Assembly: GCA_964035545.1 (NCBI GenBank) | Contig: OZ037768.1 | Location: 2,326,741 to 2,390,740 of the forward strand | Length of the DNA stretch: 64,000 nucleotides | Direction of reading: 5' to 3' | DNA from: Bugula neritina | Taxonomy: Eukaryota > Animalia > Bryozoa | In this document: in pieces, positions 13,701 through 25,950 of the stretch | How positions within the stretch are numbered: the stretch's first letter is position 1 | Layout of the letters: the number at the start of each line of letters is the position of its first letter | Notes under the pieces: model-generated | What the model saw: the letters and a program-made list of their open reading frames with translations, nothing else | Database searches by the model: none | What the model was told of the DNA's origin: nothing | Made by a program: the position numbers and the translations under genes

Positions 13701-16700
13701 AATGTTATTTTTTTCTGAAATTATATACAATAACTTTCAGACAAACTGCTTTTTGCAAATATTTTGAGCCAACTTAAATTAACTCTCTAGAAGTATTTTC
13801 CATATAATCCTCAACCATTCATCGAATCAAATGTAAAAACACAGCATTGTAATGCTGAGTATTTGGCAAAATACTGAGATAATTAATTCTGAATACGCTG
13901 TTTATAAAACTAGCATGTTTTATAGATATCTAACATCAGTAAGCTGGATGGATGAAGACAGAGTAATAGTAGTATGGCTAATGAAAGACCATCAATCTGA
14001 AAAGTTTTTCATTTGTAACTGCAAGACTAAACAATGCTCACTGGTTAGTAGCTAAAGATGTTTATTCGATGATAAATAACATTACCTTCTATTGGAATTT
14101 TATGTTAGAAATCTTAAATGATTTGCATTTTGTTTTGCTTAGAATTTTGAATACAAATCATCAAAACTTGGCCTAAGCTGGGTGGGGATGTACGGCGCCC
14201 CTGTATACAACCATGAGAGAGAAGAGTACTACACTTTGCTGCCTGATCCAGCCAATGAGAATAAGCTTTACAGACACATTGCAGTAATAAAGGTGGGAAA
14301 ATATTGCCTATATACAGTGTTCAACGTTACTCTATAGTCTATACGATAGCTTAGTGATATTTTCTCAGTAATTTGTACCATAATGCGTTGATCTATGCCA
14401 TAATTCACCATATCATAATAATCTATATCATAATATTATAATAAAATGTACCATTATTTCTTAATCTATAATATAATACATTAATCTAAGCTATAATATA
14501 CTAATTTAGTTATCTTAAGCTGCATAAAGTATTCTTTGCTGTTGTGTTTTATATCCAATTTAATTGTAATGCTCTGTCAAAATGATATCTGGCTAAAATA
14601 AATTATAGCTGAGTAAATGTTAGCCTTTGGACCATGGGACCATTACTGGCTATCTTATTTTATGTGCTAAAAGCCTGTGAACTTGTTTAGGTTGATGAAA
14701 CACAAAGACAGGAGGCTAGCCAGCCCTTTCTCACCTCCCATCCATGGTCTGATTTGAAGATTTTGAAAGTTGATGGTGACAGGCTATACTACTTGAGTAC
14801 AGGGTTGAACTACACACACCAACATCTCTACAGGTGTGTAGTCTTTAACTCAATAAATTGAAATAATAGCAAACGGAATAATTGTATCACATGATCTTGG
14901 CTCTTGCAGCCTTATATAGTACAATGATTCAATTTCTTGCAAATTTATCATTTCATTAGTCTAAAGCTGTTAGTTTAAAGCCATCAGAGCTACTTCGTAT
15001 CAACATGTTTTCTGGCAGGAGCTTTTGTCAAGTTAAATCAAACTTTCTATTTCAAGTTTCATTGTACAAAATATGGTTTTATTTTGGCAATAAACCCATA
15101 AATCTCTGCACATACCATAATACATATATAATATGGTGTCCGGTAAAAAAGGCACTGGTAAAATTGGCACAAATAGCAAAGTAGGTAAAAATGGCACATT
15201 TTCAATATTAGGGTTTGGGTAGTGGTTCCTGGGTTTAGAATGGGGGGGGGGGGGTTTAAGGTTTGGGGGTTTATGGTTTGGGAAAATTTAACACCAGTGT
15301 GCCATTTTTACCTACTTTTCCATTTGTGCCATTATTACCTCCGTCGTTTTTACTTAAAATCATATAATATATATATTATATAATATATATGCAATGTATA
15401 TATACTATGTTATATACTATATATACATACTATATATATTACAGCGTTAGTCTAGATACAAAGACTAGCAAGTGCTGGACATGTAAAGATTTAGGACTAG
15501 GAAACTACACGTTTGTGGAGGCGGAGTTTAGCTGGAACAACTCTTACATATACTTGTCTATTTTGGGTCCGGACATGCCTTCCTACTACGTGGTTGATGT
15601 CGCTGACTTGATTAGAGAAAGTAAGCATTTCTCTATTTGTATATCAGACAGAGACACATGCAGCTTTCCTGTTTATAGTCACGATCCTACAGAGAGCCCT
15701 GGGTGTTTGGGAGGAGGTTGCTTCAAGCCATGCTGCTAATATAGCCAAGGACTTCTAAAAAAAGCACACAAAGAGATAATATGCCGGGAGATTTGTTCTT
15801 ACATTATTCTACCAACTCAGCTCAACATTCTTGTTAAACCAACACCTTCAACAGATTTCTGCACTTATCATCTAACTATGTCAGGCGTTGATAACTAATA
15901 GCCACAATAAATTTTTTTAGCTACTCCAATATTTTATAATTTAGGAAGTTATCTTGCAATGGCTATCATCATAAAAAAGCAAAAAATATATTATGTTTTG
16001 GTAGTAGAAACCAATAAACAGCGATTGGCTAACTTCGGAAATATTGGAATAGCTAGAAATTAGATTGTGATTCTCTGTTATTAATGCATGATGTAGTTAG
16101 CATGCTATTTTTTAATGCATCCTGTATAAATTTGACAAAGCTTATTTTTGCAAATCCTGCCTGCTTTCACTTTTAGATGTTCACATGTCTGTGCTTAGTG
16201 TTTAAACAGGCACTTTTCTGCTTGGTAGAGAGACTAATATTTATCTATTATTGTCATTGTTTAACAGAAAGCATTTCCTCGTCAGTTCAAGTAGACAAGG
16301 AACATTATAAAGCACTGCAGGTGTATTATGAAGGCGTTTACCTGCCAATAACAGAGTATGTGACCTTCAAACTTGATAACAACATCGGTATGTTCAGCTA
16401 CTGTAATATGTTAACACAATTTAGTTTAAAAATATTATAAAGTAATACACACAGCATATGGTGTTGGTAAAAACATTTGTATAATTGTTGACACTTCCTT
16501 TATTATGCTGATACTAGTACAATAAAACATAATAATGGATGTGGTTTTTGAATAAGGCTCAGGTATAGATAGACCTTTTTTATTTCATTACATTTCGTGT
16601 ATTTCACAGATGCTTCTGTAAAGCTGGTTCTGCCTCCCATCTTCAGACGGGAAAGATCTTGCCTCTACGAGGTCGTAATAGTCGCGTAAGTTGAGTATTT

Positions 16701-19700
16701 TCATTTAGCTGGTAAAATCAGGTTATAGGGTGCAGTAGATAAATAATACAGCTTTGCTATAACAACAGCTTTATGTCACATAACATGGGGGTCACCTTAT
16801 CCCCCCTCCCCCAATACATCAGACGATCACAACTCATCGTGTGCTGCCGTGTTGTAGCCATAAAACTCATTCCTGCTGACCCAGTTGTTCTTATCTACGT
16901 CTTTTCCTGTAAAGTACTTAGCTTTGTAATTTTCTAGCATCTCCTCATTTTCTGCCAGATCTGCAAACTGCAGGAAAGCAAGAATATAATTTTATTCTAT
17001 TTATTATATAATATGTATAATATATAATATAATAACATTACCGCAGCTGTAAAATTAGCATATATCTATATATATGTATGTGTATAACCACGATATACAT
17101 CATGTTAAGTATATAAAATAGCCACCAAACCATCAATTTGCCAGGTAAGGAAAAACTAGCATAAAGATATTGCTCTTGCATGTTTTACTGTCTAAAATAC
17201 AAACTCCTTGTTTAACACAACACCCGCTCTACAAAGAACTGAAGTATGTATTGACTTAAATGTGTACCTCAGGATTTGATTTCAACCACTGCTCCACCTC
17301 TTCCATGCTGAGATACTTGTCACCATTAGCATCTATAACTTTGAATACGTCTTGCTTCTGCACGTCCACTAGTTCAACGTCCAGAGTTAATCTGGTGTGC
17401 TGGGGAATCCCCGCTGTAACAATAGATACATGTTGGAGCATTGGGTGTCGATAAGTTTAGGCTATATATTCAGATATATTCTGTGGTTCCAGCTGTATTA
17501 TTAACAGACTTCAGTTTTACTCACTGTATTTAGCAAAAGCTTATTGTAAAAACTTATATATTTTGCAATATAGTAAGAGAGATCAATGGTATCGTGAAGA
17601 TATCGTTTAGTCTTTCATAATTCATCATTAGACAGTTTTCTTTCTTGCATCACAAGATTTATTGTTTGACTTGTAGAGTATATTAGAGCACTTTTAGAAT
17701 CTTTCACAAAATACCAGGTTGTCAGAGGCCTTTTAAGGAGTATACTAAAAACCCCTTTGTGATAACACCCCCTCCCCATATACAAAGTTGTTGAGGTCAT
17801 CGTTTGAGCCCTTAACCAATGGCGTTAGTCACTAGAGAGGAAAAATTAATTCATTATACCCACAATGGCATTGTCCTTAAACTCTGTCATAGTTGACCTA
17901 GAAACGATTAGGCACACAACCTGCTATATATTTTCCAATCCAGCGATGACTCTCTAACCTAGAGATAGCTTAGGTTTATGCTAAAACCATCATTAATATT
18001 TTTCCAAGCCACCACCTTATCTGCAGTCATGCTACAGTTGGTCCTCACATGCTCCTAACTAGTCGCATAAATAAACTTTACAAGAGCTATAATCAGTGTC
18101 ACTACAAACAACACACTTTAGCTTTACCTCCATTGATGTCCGCAACAGCTAGTTCAGGGGGTATTCTTAACCGTCTCCTTTCACCAATGCACATTCCAAT
18201 GACCCCTTCAGTTAGTCCATACAGCACATCCTCTCCTCCAACATACACAGTGGTTTCATTGTCTCTAGTTGATTAAACACTTTGAATTACAATCAGCAGC
18301 CAGTAGGATAATAGAAAGTAGATCCAATTAAAATATAGACTGAGAACAACTAACTATACCATCCAATAAAAACAATGCCACTATATCTTACAAAAAACAA
18401 CAATTTAAAAACTTGAATTTTTATTTACTTGCAATAAAATAAAAATTAAATACCACAAAAATCAGAAAAACTGTTAATGGAGTATATAGTTGTCTTATAT
18501 AAAATAGCAAATGGACATATTTACCCGCTACTAAACTCTAGTTTAGACTCCGTGAAACCGTTATAAAGAATGGATATTGTGTCGTAAAAATACACAGCTT
18601 CTTCACTGCTACACTCTGGACCATCTACCTTGTACCAGCGAAGCTTGCCTCTCACTATTTCAACTAGCTCAGCCTCAAACACTATTGTTGTGTGTGGAGG
18701 GATTATATCTCCTAGCAAATAGTGTACAACATTCAGTGTTCAATGAGTGCAAAGATATGCCAAATATATGCACTTCCTATTGGTTAGCATTAATGATGAC
18801 ATCATCAGTTTTAGAGCTTTTTTGACAAAACTGTAAGTTTAGTTAAACTTTTAAAGTCAAAATATGGCTCAAAGGCCCTCCTTCATGGCAATACCCCCTA
18901 ACCCGACTCGTCCGATGAATGGACTATCTCCCAATAGACAGGACCCGCTACAAGTTAACAACATAATGGCACCATGGAGAGTGAACATGCCACCTAGTCT
19001 CCAGTCACCTTACCCTGTTCCACACTACATCAACGAAATCACAATGGGACTTCGGTCAGCCGTCCCCGCCCCATATGGAAACGGTTTTGGTGCTAGTGAG
19101 TTCTCTTACCATTTGAATAAAAACTATTCGTCCTGAACTGTTTTGTGATCTTTTATAAAGAAGTTTAATTGATGAGTAAAGATTGAGTACTAGAAGTCAT
19201 GGCCTGTATTTTAGGTTACCCGTCCCCTGTCTACCCTGTTGGATGTGGCATTAGCCCCGATGCCAATCTGTGGTTTCAGAGAAGACAAGAAGGCTGGCCG
19301 TGTAACTGGCCCCTAACACAAGTTGCCCCATCAAACTTAGGCTACCCTATAGAGCCAGGGTCTATGCCTCTACCGCAAGTGAGGGTAACTCCACAGATAC
19401 CACTTCCACCACAAAGGACTGGCTACACGTCGCTACCCCAGTTATTGGGACTGGACTAGAACATACATACATCAACTTAGAACTTAAATACATTGAGGGC
19501 CTTCTTCTTTAACAAAGTTCTATAGTAATTCTTAGGGTTTGGGGTTTGGGGTTTGGAGAGAAATATGCAGTGTATCACATTTATTGGCCTACTGAGAATT
19601 TTTATGGCTTGTGCATGATGATCATACTGAGTTATTCAACAAAATGAATTTAATTTTCTTCAATATAATACATCTATGCAAAACTGTGTTGCTTATTCTA

Positions 19701-22700
19701 GTTGGCCATTTTAGCCTACGAGTTGTATCTACAATAAAGAGCAGCAAAAAGTTTATTTACCATAGCCACCATCTCCATATGCCAATATGGGTGGTACTGT
19801 AAGTCGTCTCCTCTCCCCCTCACACATGTTCATTAGTCCCATGTCTACTCCTTTGATCACTTGTCTTTCTCCAAGAGTGAAGTCGTAAGTTTGATCACGG
19901 TCATAACTGGGAGAGGATAACATTTGTACTTTATGATATTTAGTTGGGTTTTACTACACGAAGTGGTAGTTTAGTTACATAATCAGAGGTCTTGTCTTAT
20001 TTGAAAGCAAAGAGCCTTCCCTCCACCCGCAATTGCTGTATGATGAGTATTCAAAACACAACTATATAACACTAGCTGAGCTTTTGCATTAAAGGACACC
20101 TTATACCTGCTCCCTTTGAGTTTAAACATAATAGCTACAAATTTTACACAAAAGTTATATCAGCTTTTGATGAAAAAACAGACTTTGTAAATAAAATGCT
20201 TAAAATCCTCAAAACAATCATTCCGTTACCTGCTGTCAAATGGTGATCCGTCTAAGAAGGTTCCGTTGTAATGTTCTCTAATAAAATCTCCAGCTGCAGA
20301 TCTTCTCGTACAGTTCTCAGGCATGTGCAGCAGTTCCATCTTATATCCAGAAGACTCGACATCTGCCAACTCCACCTCAAATATCAGAGTGGATCCTGGT
20401 GGGATGCTACCTATCGGTTAATAGTATTGGACAGTTTCATTTGATGCTATCCATCTTGCAAAGTTACATCTAATGCTACTGTCGGTTGATGCTATTGGCC
20501 GGTTATAGCTATCACATGTTACAAAGCAAAGCAGAAATATGTAGCTTATAATATACTTTAAAACCCAGCTAAAATAATATTATATAACAGACATTACCTA
20601 CTGCACTATCTCCATAGCCCAGCTCTGGTGGAATAGTGATTTTTCTTTTTTCTCCTTTGCACATTCCTTTCATGCCCATGTCCATTCCTCGAATCACTTC
20701 ACCCACTCCCAGGTGAAAGTTATAGGTGTCTCCTCTATCATAACTACAATTGTATATTCTACTTGTCAAGGAAAGGTTTTTATTCATAAATCAATTCATA
20801 ACCAAGGTTCAAAAACTCTTCAGTTTTTATCAAACTTTGCTTTTTATAAATGTTTGTACAACTATACTGTGTGCTTTTATAGCACCGGTATTGCAATACT
20901 ACACCTACATATGCATATAAAAATTGTAAACCATGTGCAAAAGTACTGGATGTAATTTGATAATGATAGAGTGTTAGAGGTTTAATACAGCTGTGCAGAG
21001 AGATGATATAGATTCAGATCTTACATCTAGTGTAGACTTAGCTACTATAATATTTTATGATGAGACCAGCAAGTAATTTTTTTACCTGGAATCAAATTTA
21101 GTCCCATCTTCTAAATAGCCTGTGTACTGTTGATACATGTAATCGCCCTCCCTTGCTCGATGTGTACAATCTGATGGTATAAAAATCTGATCTATTCGAA
21201 ACCCTGGTACAAAGCCATCCATGTCATCCGCCACTACAGCCATCACTTGCCATACTACCAACAGAGAGTAGATAACTCTCGAGTTCATTCTAAAATCATT
21301 CAGTATTTCATAATGTAAATATATTATTCAGTAAATTGTGCTTAGCTGAGAAATTTTTTGTATTTTTGGTAAATTCTGCTTGAATTTGAAGTTTTATTGC
21401 TATATATATTCTGCGGACAGCTTTACATACTTTAAGTATTTAAAGGAAAACCCATGACTGCTTAGTTTATTCAGATCAAAAGAACTTTTAGTTTAATGAG
21501 TTCGAACGAATTCGTACATTAATTATTAGTTAGATAGCATATTATTACATCTACATTACTGCATTGTTGCAATTTGTATGGTTTAATCTACCAAACACCC
21601 AAAAATACAACATGCAATTATAGATTTTAACGCTAAAACACAACTCCATTACCGTAACTAAACTTTTATTTCACATTATCCTTGCATCTCATAAAAGCAG
21701 TAGAGTGTAGAGCTAAGGAACTTATATTTAAACTTATACACAATCAAAACAAATTATGTGACTTTCAGGTTTATAAAAAGCTATCTAATGTATACACACC
21801 TTAGACAAGCAAGTAACCTTGCTGAGAGTGAGAGAATGAGTGAGCTAGTGAATATTGAAACTGACCGACTACAATGATCCGACTATTCAGTAAGCCTACG
21901 TGGCAGCAGAAGGCTGTTGAGATGACCTTGATACCTGTTTGTTGAGTCAGCACGTTAATTAGCACAGATAAACAATAGCAGCAGTAGCCATGTAATGGGA
22001 TACCCATTGGCTGTGCTATGCTATTAGGGCACCATGTATAAACGTTAACATGTGGGAGCAAAGTTCACTGAAATATGGCCTTTTTAAAATAACATTTCGG
22101 CAGCTACATTTTCAGACTAGGTTACAAATTCAGGAAATTGATGGTATTTCACATATTTAAGAGTAAGTTACAAACTAGGAAAGTTGACAATAAAACATTG
22201 TGCAGCAAAAGTTTAAAACTTTTACAGTACTATTGAGCTTTAAACAGCGAACAATTAATAGTACATATGTTGTCTACAAACTGGAAAATTATCTCGAGTT
22301 TCTGTGATAGCATTACTCAATATAGTCTTAATATACTTACTCTATAAGTCTACAGCTGCTTTTACACCAATTCTCCTGACTCTAACCTCTGGATATAGTA
22401 TGGCTGTGTACAACTAGATCCAAAGCTATAACTTGTGCCAAGAGTACTAGCTAGCTGTGTACAGACTATCTGAGCCAACACATCATGCATCTATCTTAGT
22501 AAAATGACATTCAAAAATAATGTTGATATGATATATGGCAATGCATTATGCATTGGGAGACTAACCCTATATTAGTGCATGCAGTAAAGTGTTGACAGAT
22601 TGATTGATGACAGCTTAAGCATGTTATGCTCTGTGCAGATATATTGCTATAGGAAGAAGTGTTCAAACAGTTGATACGACTAGTTGCTGGAATAAATGTA

Positions 22701-25074
22701 CGGCTTCTTTTAATTGGTTGCTTGATTGCCGTATACACATACATAATGTCTAACCCAAACACGACATTGTTTTATATTCATAAATAAAACCCAATAGTGT
22801 GCTGTTATCTAGTTTTGAATGCGCTCAATTCTTCAATTCTTATAAAATTTCCTGAGAGGTGAAGTTTGTAATTACTATACATACATCTGGAATATATTTC
22901 GATTTATCTTGTTTTTTCATAATTAGAAATTGTATCTAGTTTCTATCCAGATATTTAATTTTAATCAAATTTTTTAAGCTTTGTATATTTATACTTATTA
23001 AAATATGCTTACAAGAAACAAATTCTCAGTCTTTGAATTACCTATTAAAATTTGGAAAAATATTCCTTAAATAATTAATGCATAAATTCTTTTCATAAAA
23101 AAAAATAGAAAAATTTAAGCATTAAGCCCCTGACTGCATGATTCAGCAGCAAAGCTTGCCCGAAACTGCTTTAACAAATAAGCAGCTGAAGAAAGATAAA
23201 GTGTCTATTAATATGCTTCTAGGAACCCACTGCCAGGCTCTAGAATTGCGACTCAGAAGTTCTCACTGGACTACTACGATTACTTGGCTAAGAATCAGAC
23301 ATACATCATAGTCTACGCAGATGTGAGAGGCTCTGGGGGACGTGGTGAGAGAGTCCGACAAGCTGTGAAGGGGAACCTGGGCTTTGCTGAAGGTGAAGAT
23401 ATTTCTAGGGTCATCAGGTAAGCTCTAAGAATTATCATGGAAGCTAGAGCAGCACTACGTTAAGGGGAGCCACCTGTTTGAAACATCTGCTAATAATTAT
23501 GTCTGGAGTGCATTTTTTGACACAATTTTTTCTAATTCTATAATGTAATTAGCTGCTTTCAGAGGTCATCACAAATAAGTTGTCTCCCCTGCTTGTCTGA
23601 AATAAAAACCTTATTGTTGCATCCAAAGTTGTATTTCAGTTATTTGAATGTTGGCTACGACCACTATAAAGTAGACAAAGACTATGTGGCTGTTATGGGA
23701 CTAAATTATGGAGGATTCGTGTCTCTGCATACGCTGGCCAACAAAAGACAATACATCAAATGTGGAGTTATCACCTCTCCTTTTCTTTCACTTTCTACAG
23801 ATGGTAAATAATCATAATATTAAAGCTTGGCAAAAATAACCTAATTGAGAATTGATGGAGTATTTATGATGTTATTTACATCACATGACCAGACAAAGTT
23901 TTTAATGCTGCTTAATAATATTACTCAAAAAGATATGGTTCTGCTAGACAAATTGAAAAGTAGATCATAATATTTTGCACACTTTGAGTTTGAATTTGCA
24001 GAGTACCAATTGCAAAGAATTGCTTCAAATATGGAATTCTTTGACAAATACTTTAAAAAACTTTAAAAAGTTTGGAAATTGCTGTTGCTGTTTGCTGTTG
24101 CTGAATCTTAAAAACTAATATTAGGCATCAAGTAAACCAAACTTGGAATTGCTTTTATCTTTCTATGCCTTCACAACATCTGCTTATACAAAGTATGTTT
24201 GCTTGAGTTTTGAAAAGTTGCTAAAATTTGTTGTCAAACTTATGTCAGTAGCTGACAACTCCTACTTTTATACTAAGCGCCTCAGCAGTAATCTATATAC
24301 GCAGTATGCAGTTATAACACTAAAACATATTGGAATATTCCAGAACAAATCCAATAACAGCAACACATTATCTTTTACTGATATTAGTGACATGTAAAGA
24401 GGAACTTTTCACATGAGCTTTGAATAGAATGTAGTAAAATTCTCTATTTCAGGCAACTGGCTAGTGGAGAGGTACATGAATAGTACAGCTGCTCCTCAAC
24501 TTGACTATGACTGCAACACGGGGACGTCTTCTAACTGCGCCGTACCGTTTAGAAATGTTAGCCTCTTTCTTCTCCACGGCACAGAGGATCGTGAGTATTT
24601 ATTAATATAAGAGTTAGTCTACAATACTAACCATAGCTAAGCATAATCTGCAGAAAATTATTCAACTATTAATAAAAAATTTAATTGTTGAAACTATGGC
24701 TAAAAAGCAACAGCATAATCCTATATAATACGCAGTACAAATAAGTATAGTTGTAGTTAGTAAAACAAAAACTCACAGAGATATAACTTGAGTTTTGGAG
24801 TGTTTAAGATTTTCCGTAATAAAGTGTTTCCTTAAAAAGAGATTGATTTCAAAATTAGCTGCCATAAATATGGACAGGCACTTGAGACATGGTGAAGTTT
24901 TAAGTTTGGAATTTTCTCATCTTGTAAAATAATTGTATATCAATAGGAATAGAAAAATATTTTGTGCACACTTGTTGAATTGAGCTTACAGAGAGGATGT
25001 GAAATGTATTTTTTGTGCTCATAAATTGCCATTTACTAACTGCTGAACTAATCACTTTACACTGTTTTAAAAAA

Positions 25075-25116
<42 letters not shown>

Positions 25117-25950
25117 GTTGCCGGTTTTTTTTCTAAAAATAGTAAAATCTAAAAAGAACAGTGCTTTCTTGGAAAAATGTCAATTTAGGCAGACCATCAT
25201 TTTTTTTATAGCCACTCTAAAATATGTTCACTCACAGGTGTAATTATTTGTGATTTATTTTCATTGCAGTTGTCGTTCCTATTGAGCATTCTTTCTCACT
25301 GATGTCTAAACTTCAGCTTCTCAACTTTGACTTCAGACAACAGGTAGAGTTCACTGCCAGTGTTTGATCTCTACTCCATCTAAATTATTGGTTACACATA
25401 AAAACTTGGTCAGCCTATACTCTGCATGTTGTAATCGGAAATAAGCTGTTTACACATAGTAAGGAAAACTCTTGGTATAGATAATTTTTGTAAATTTTGT
25501 TTTCTGTAATCTTTAAACAATAACAAGATTGCTCTAAACAATTTGTTGTTTATAATATTTTCAATTTCAGTCCACAAGAAATATTATCTATTTAACTGAA
25601 AGTTTTTTTCACTGAAAGCTTACCTAATAAAAGTAGCAGAATACAAAACCAATACATTGGGCATCCGAATTTAAGCCAGCATAAGCTCAAAAAAGCAGCC
25701 AAGACCCGCTTGTAAAAAGTTATAATTCAACTAGCCACCACCATTCCTATACTACTTAGTTTCCACAGCTAATCTTTTACAGGCTTTTGGCTCTTTCTAT
25801 TTTTAGATTTATCCTGAAGTTGGGAATAATCTTGAAGAGTCTGACGTCAACTCACACTACTACCAAACAATAACAAACTTTCTCAATGAATGTTTTGAAA
25901 TCAGGTTTAAGGTTGACAAAGAGAAGATTGATTACTGTATGAATCGTTAG
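1747..25950 (+). CDS. DPP10: Inactive dipeptidyl peptidase DPP6/DPP10-like type II membrane protein (S9B family), about 805 aa with exon 1a
   Basis: GT-AG exons with consistent phase: 1747-1773, 8110-8224, 10449-10544, 11007-11152, 11555-11682, 12077-12146, 12561-12678, 12905-13038, 13340-13425, 13926-14043, 14143-14292, 14691-14833, 15445-15620, 16268-16387, 16610-16685, 23223-23417, 23640-23803, 24453-24590, 25270-25343, 25807-25950. Exon 2 ELVGSEEEEKNWKGIVIALVVIG matches the DPP6/DPP10 juxtamembrane/TM signature (ELVGS...RNWKGIAIAL). Hydrolase-domain motifs DVRGSGGRG, GLNYGG, LHGTED and IYPE are present. The symbol is a family-level call. Confidence 0.9.
6164..6314. repeat. Degenerate ~22-bp tandem repeat (CAGCA..AGAGTAAGTTAGTGT), about 7 copies
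   Basis: Recurrent AGAGTAAGTTAG core directly upstream of DPP exon 1b. Confidence 0.6.
6335..6517 (+). CDS. Alternative first coding exon (1b) of the DPP6/10-like gene, 61-aa Cys-rich cytoplasmic N-terminus
   Basis: ATG-initiated ORF MGNTADSM...DDDMSE ends at a phase-0 GT donor (6518) that joins exon 2 (8110) in frame. Confidence 0.6.
11173..11350. repeat. 23-bp minisatellite (ATAGACTGTCTTCTGCTGCCTGC), about 7 copies
   Basis: Direct tandem copies just after the DPP exon 4 donor. Confidence 0.92.
15135..15360. mobile_element. MITE-like non-autonomous element in DPP intron 12
   Basis: Imperfect inverted arms of about 42 bp, 15157-15198 and 15298-15339 (GGTAAAA..GGCACA subrepeats), around a GGGTTT/G-rich core, in TA-rich flanks. 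Outer boundaries are approximate. Confidence 0.65.
16827..21288 (-). CDS. ER-resident FKBP9/FKBP10-like peptidyl-prolyl isomerase (FKBP-A): signal peptide, 3 FKBP domains, 2 EF-hands, HDEL; about 428 aa; nested in DPP intron 15
   Basis: Exons 21086-21288, 20598-20743, 20230-20410, 19761-19906, 18525-18711, 18128-18264, 17268-17413, 16827-16967. Motifs YTGYLEDGTKFDSSYDR, GMCKGEKRKITIPPELGYG and IPPGSTLIFEVEL; EF loops DANGDKYLSMEE and DVDKNNWVSRNE; C-terminus AAHDEL*. Confidence 0.93.
18771..18810 (+). promoter_or_regulatory. Candidate promoter of the nested Pro-rich gene
   Basis: CACTTCCT (ETS-like), ATTGG (reverse CCAAT), TGACATCA (CRE-like) and TCAGTT (Inr-like) cluster about 55-95 nt upstream of the ATG at 18864. 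Confidence 0.35.
18864..19459 (+). CDS. Putative two-exon proline-rich orphan protein (158 aa) nested in FKBP-A intron 4
   Basis: Exon 18864-19095 ends A|GTGAGT. The acceptor TTTTAG|GT at 19214 rebuilds an in-frame AGT codon, and exon 19215-19459 ends in TAG. Start context aaatATGG is good, and the region is visibly more GC-rich than the flanking intron. Confidence 0.65.
25078..25113. repeat. (TA)n microsatellite
   Basis: Pure dinucleotide run. Confidence 0.9.

Noticed and set aside
19533-19556. Telomere-like GGGTTT run
   Set aside because: Too short and not a true TTAGGG array.
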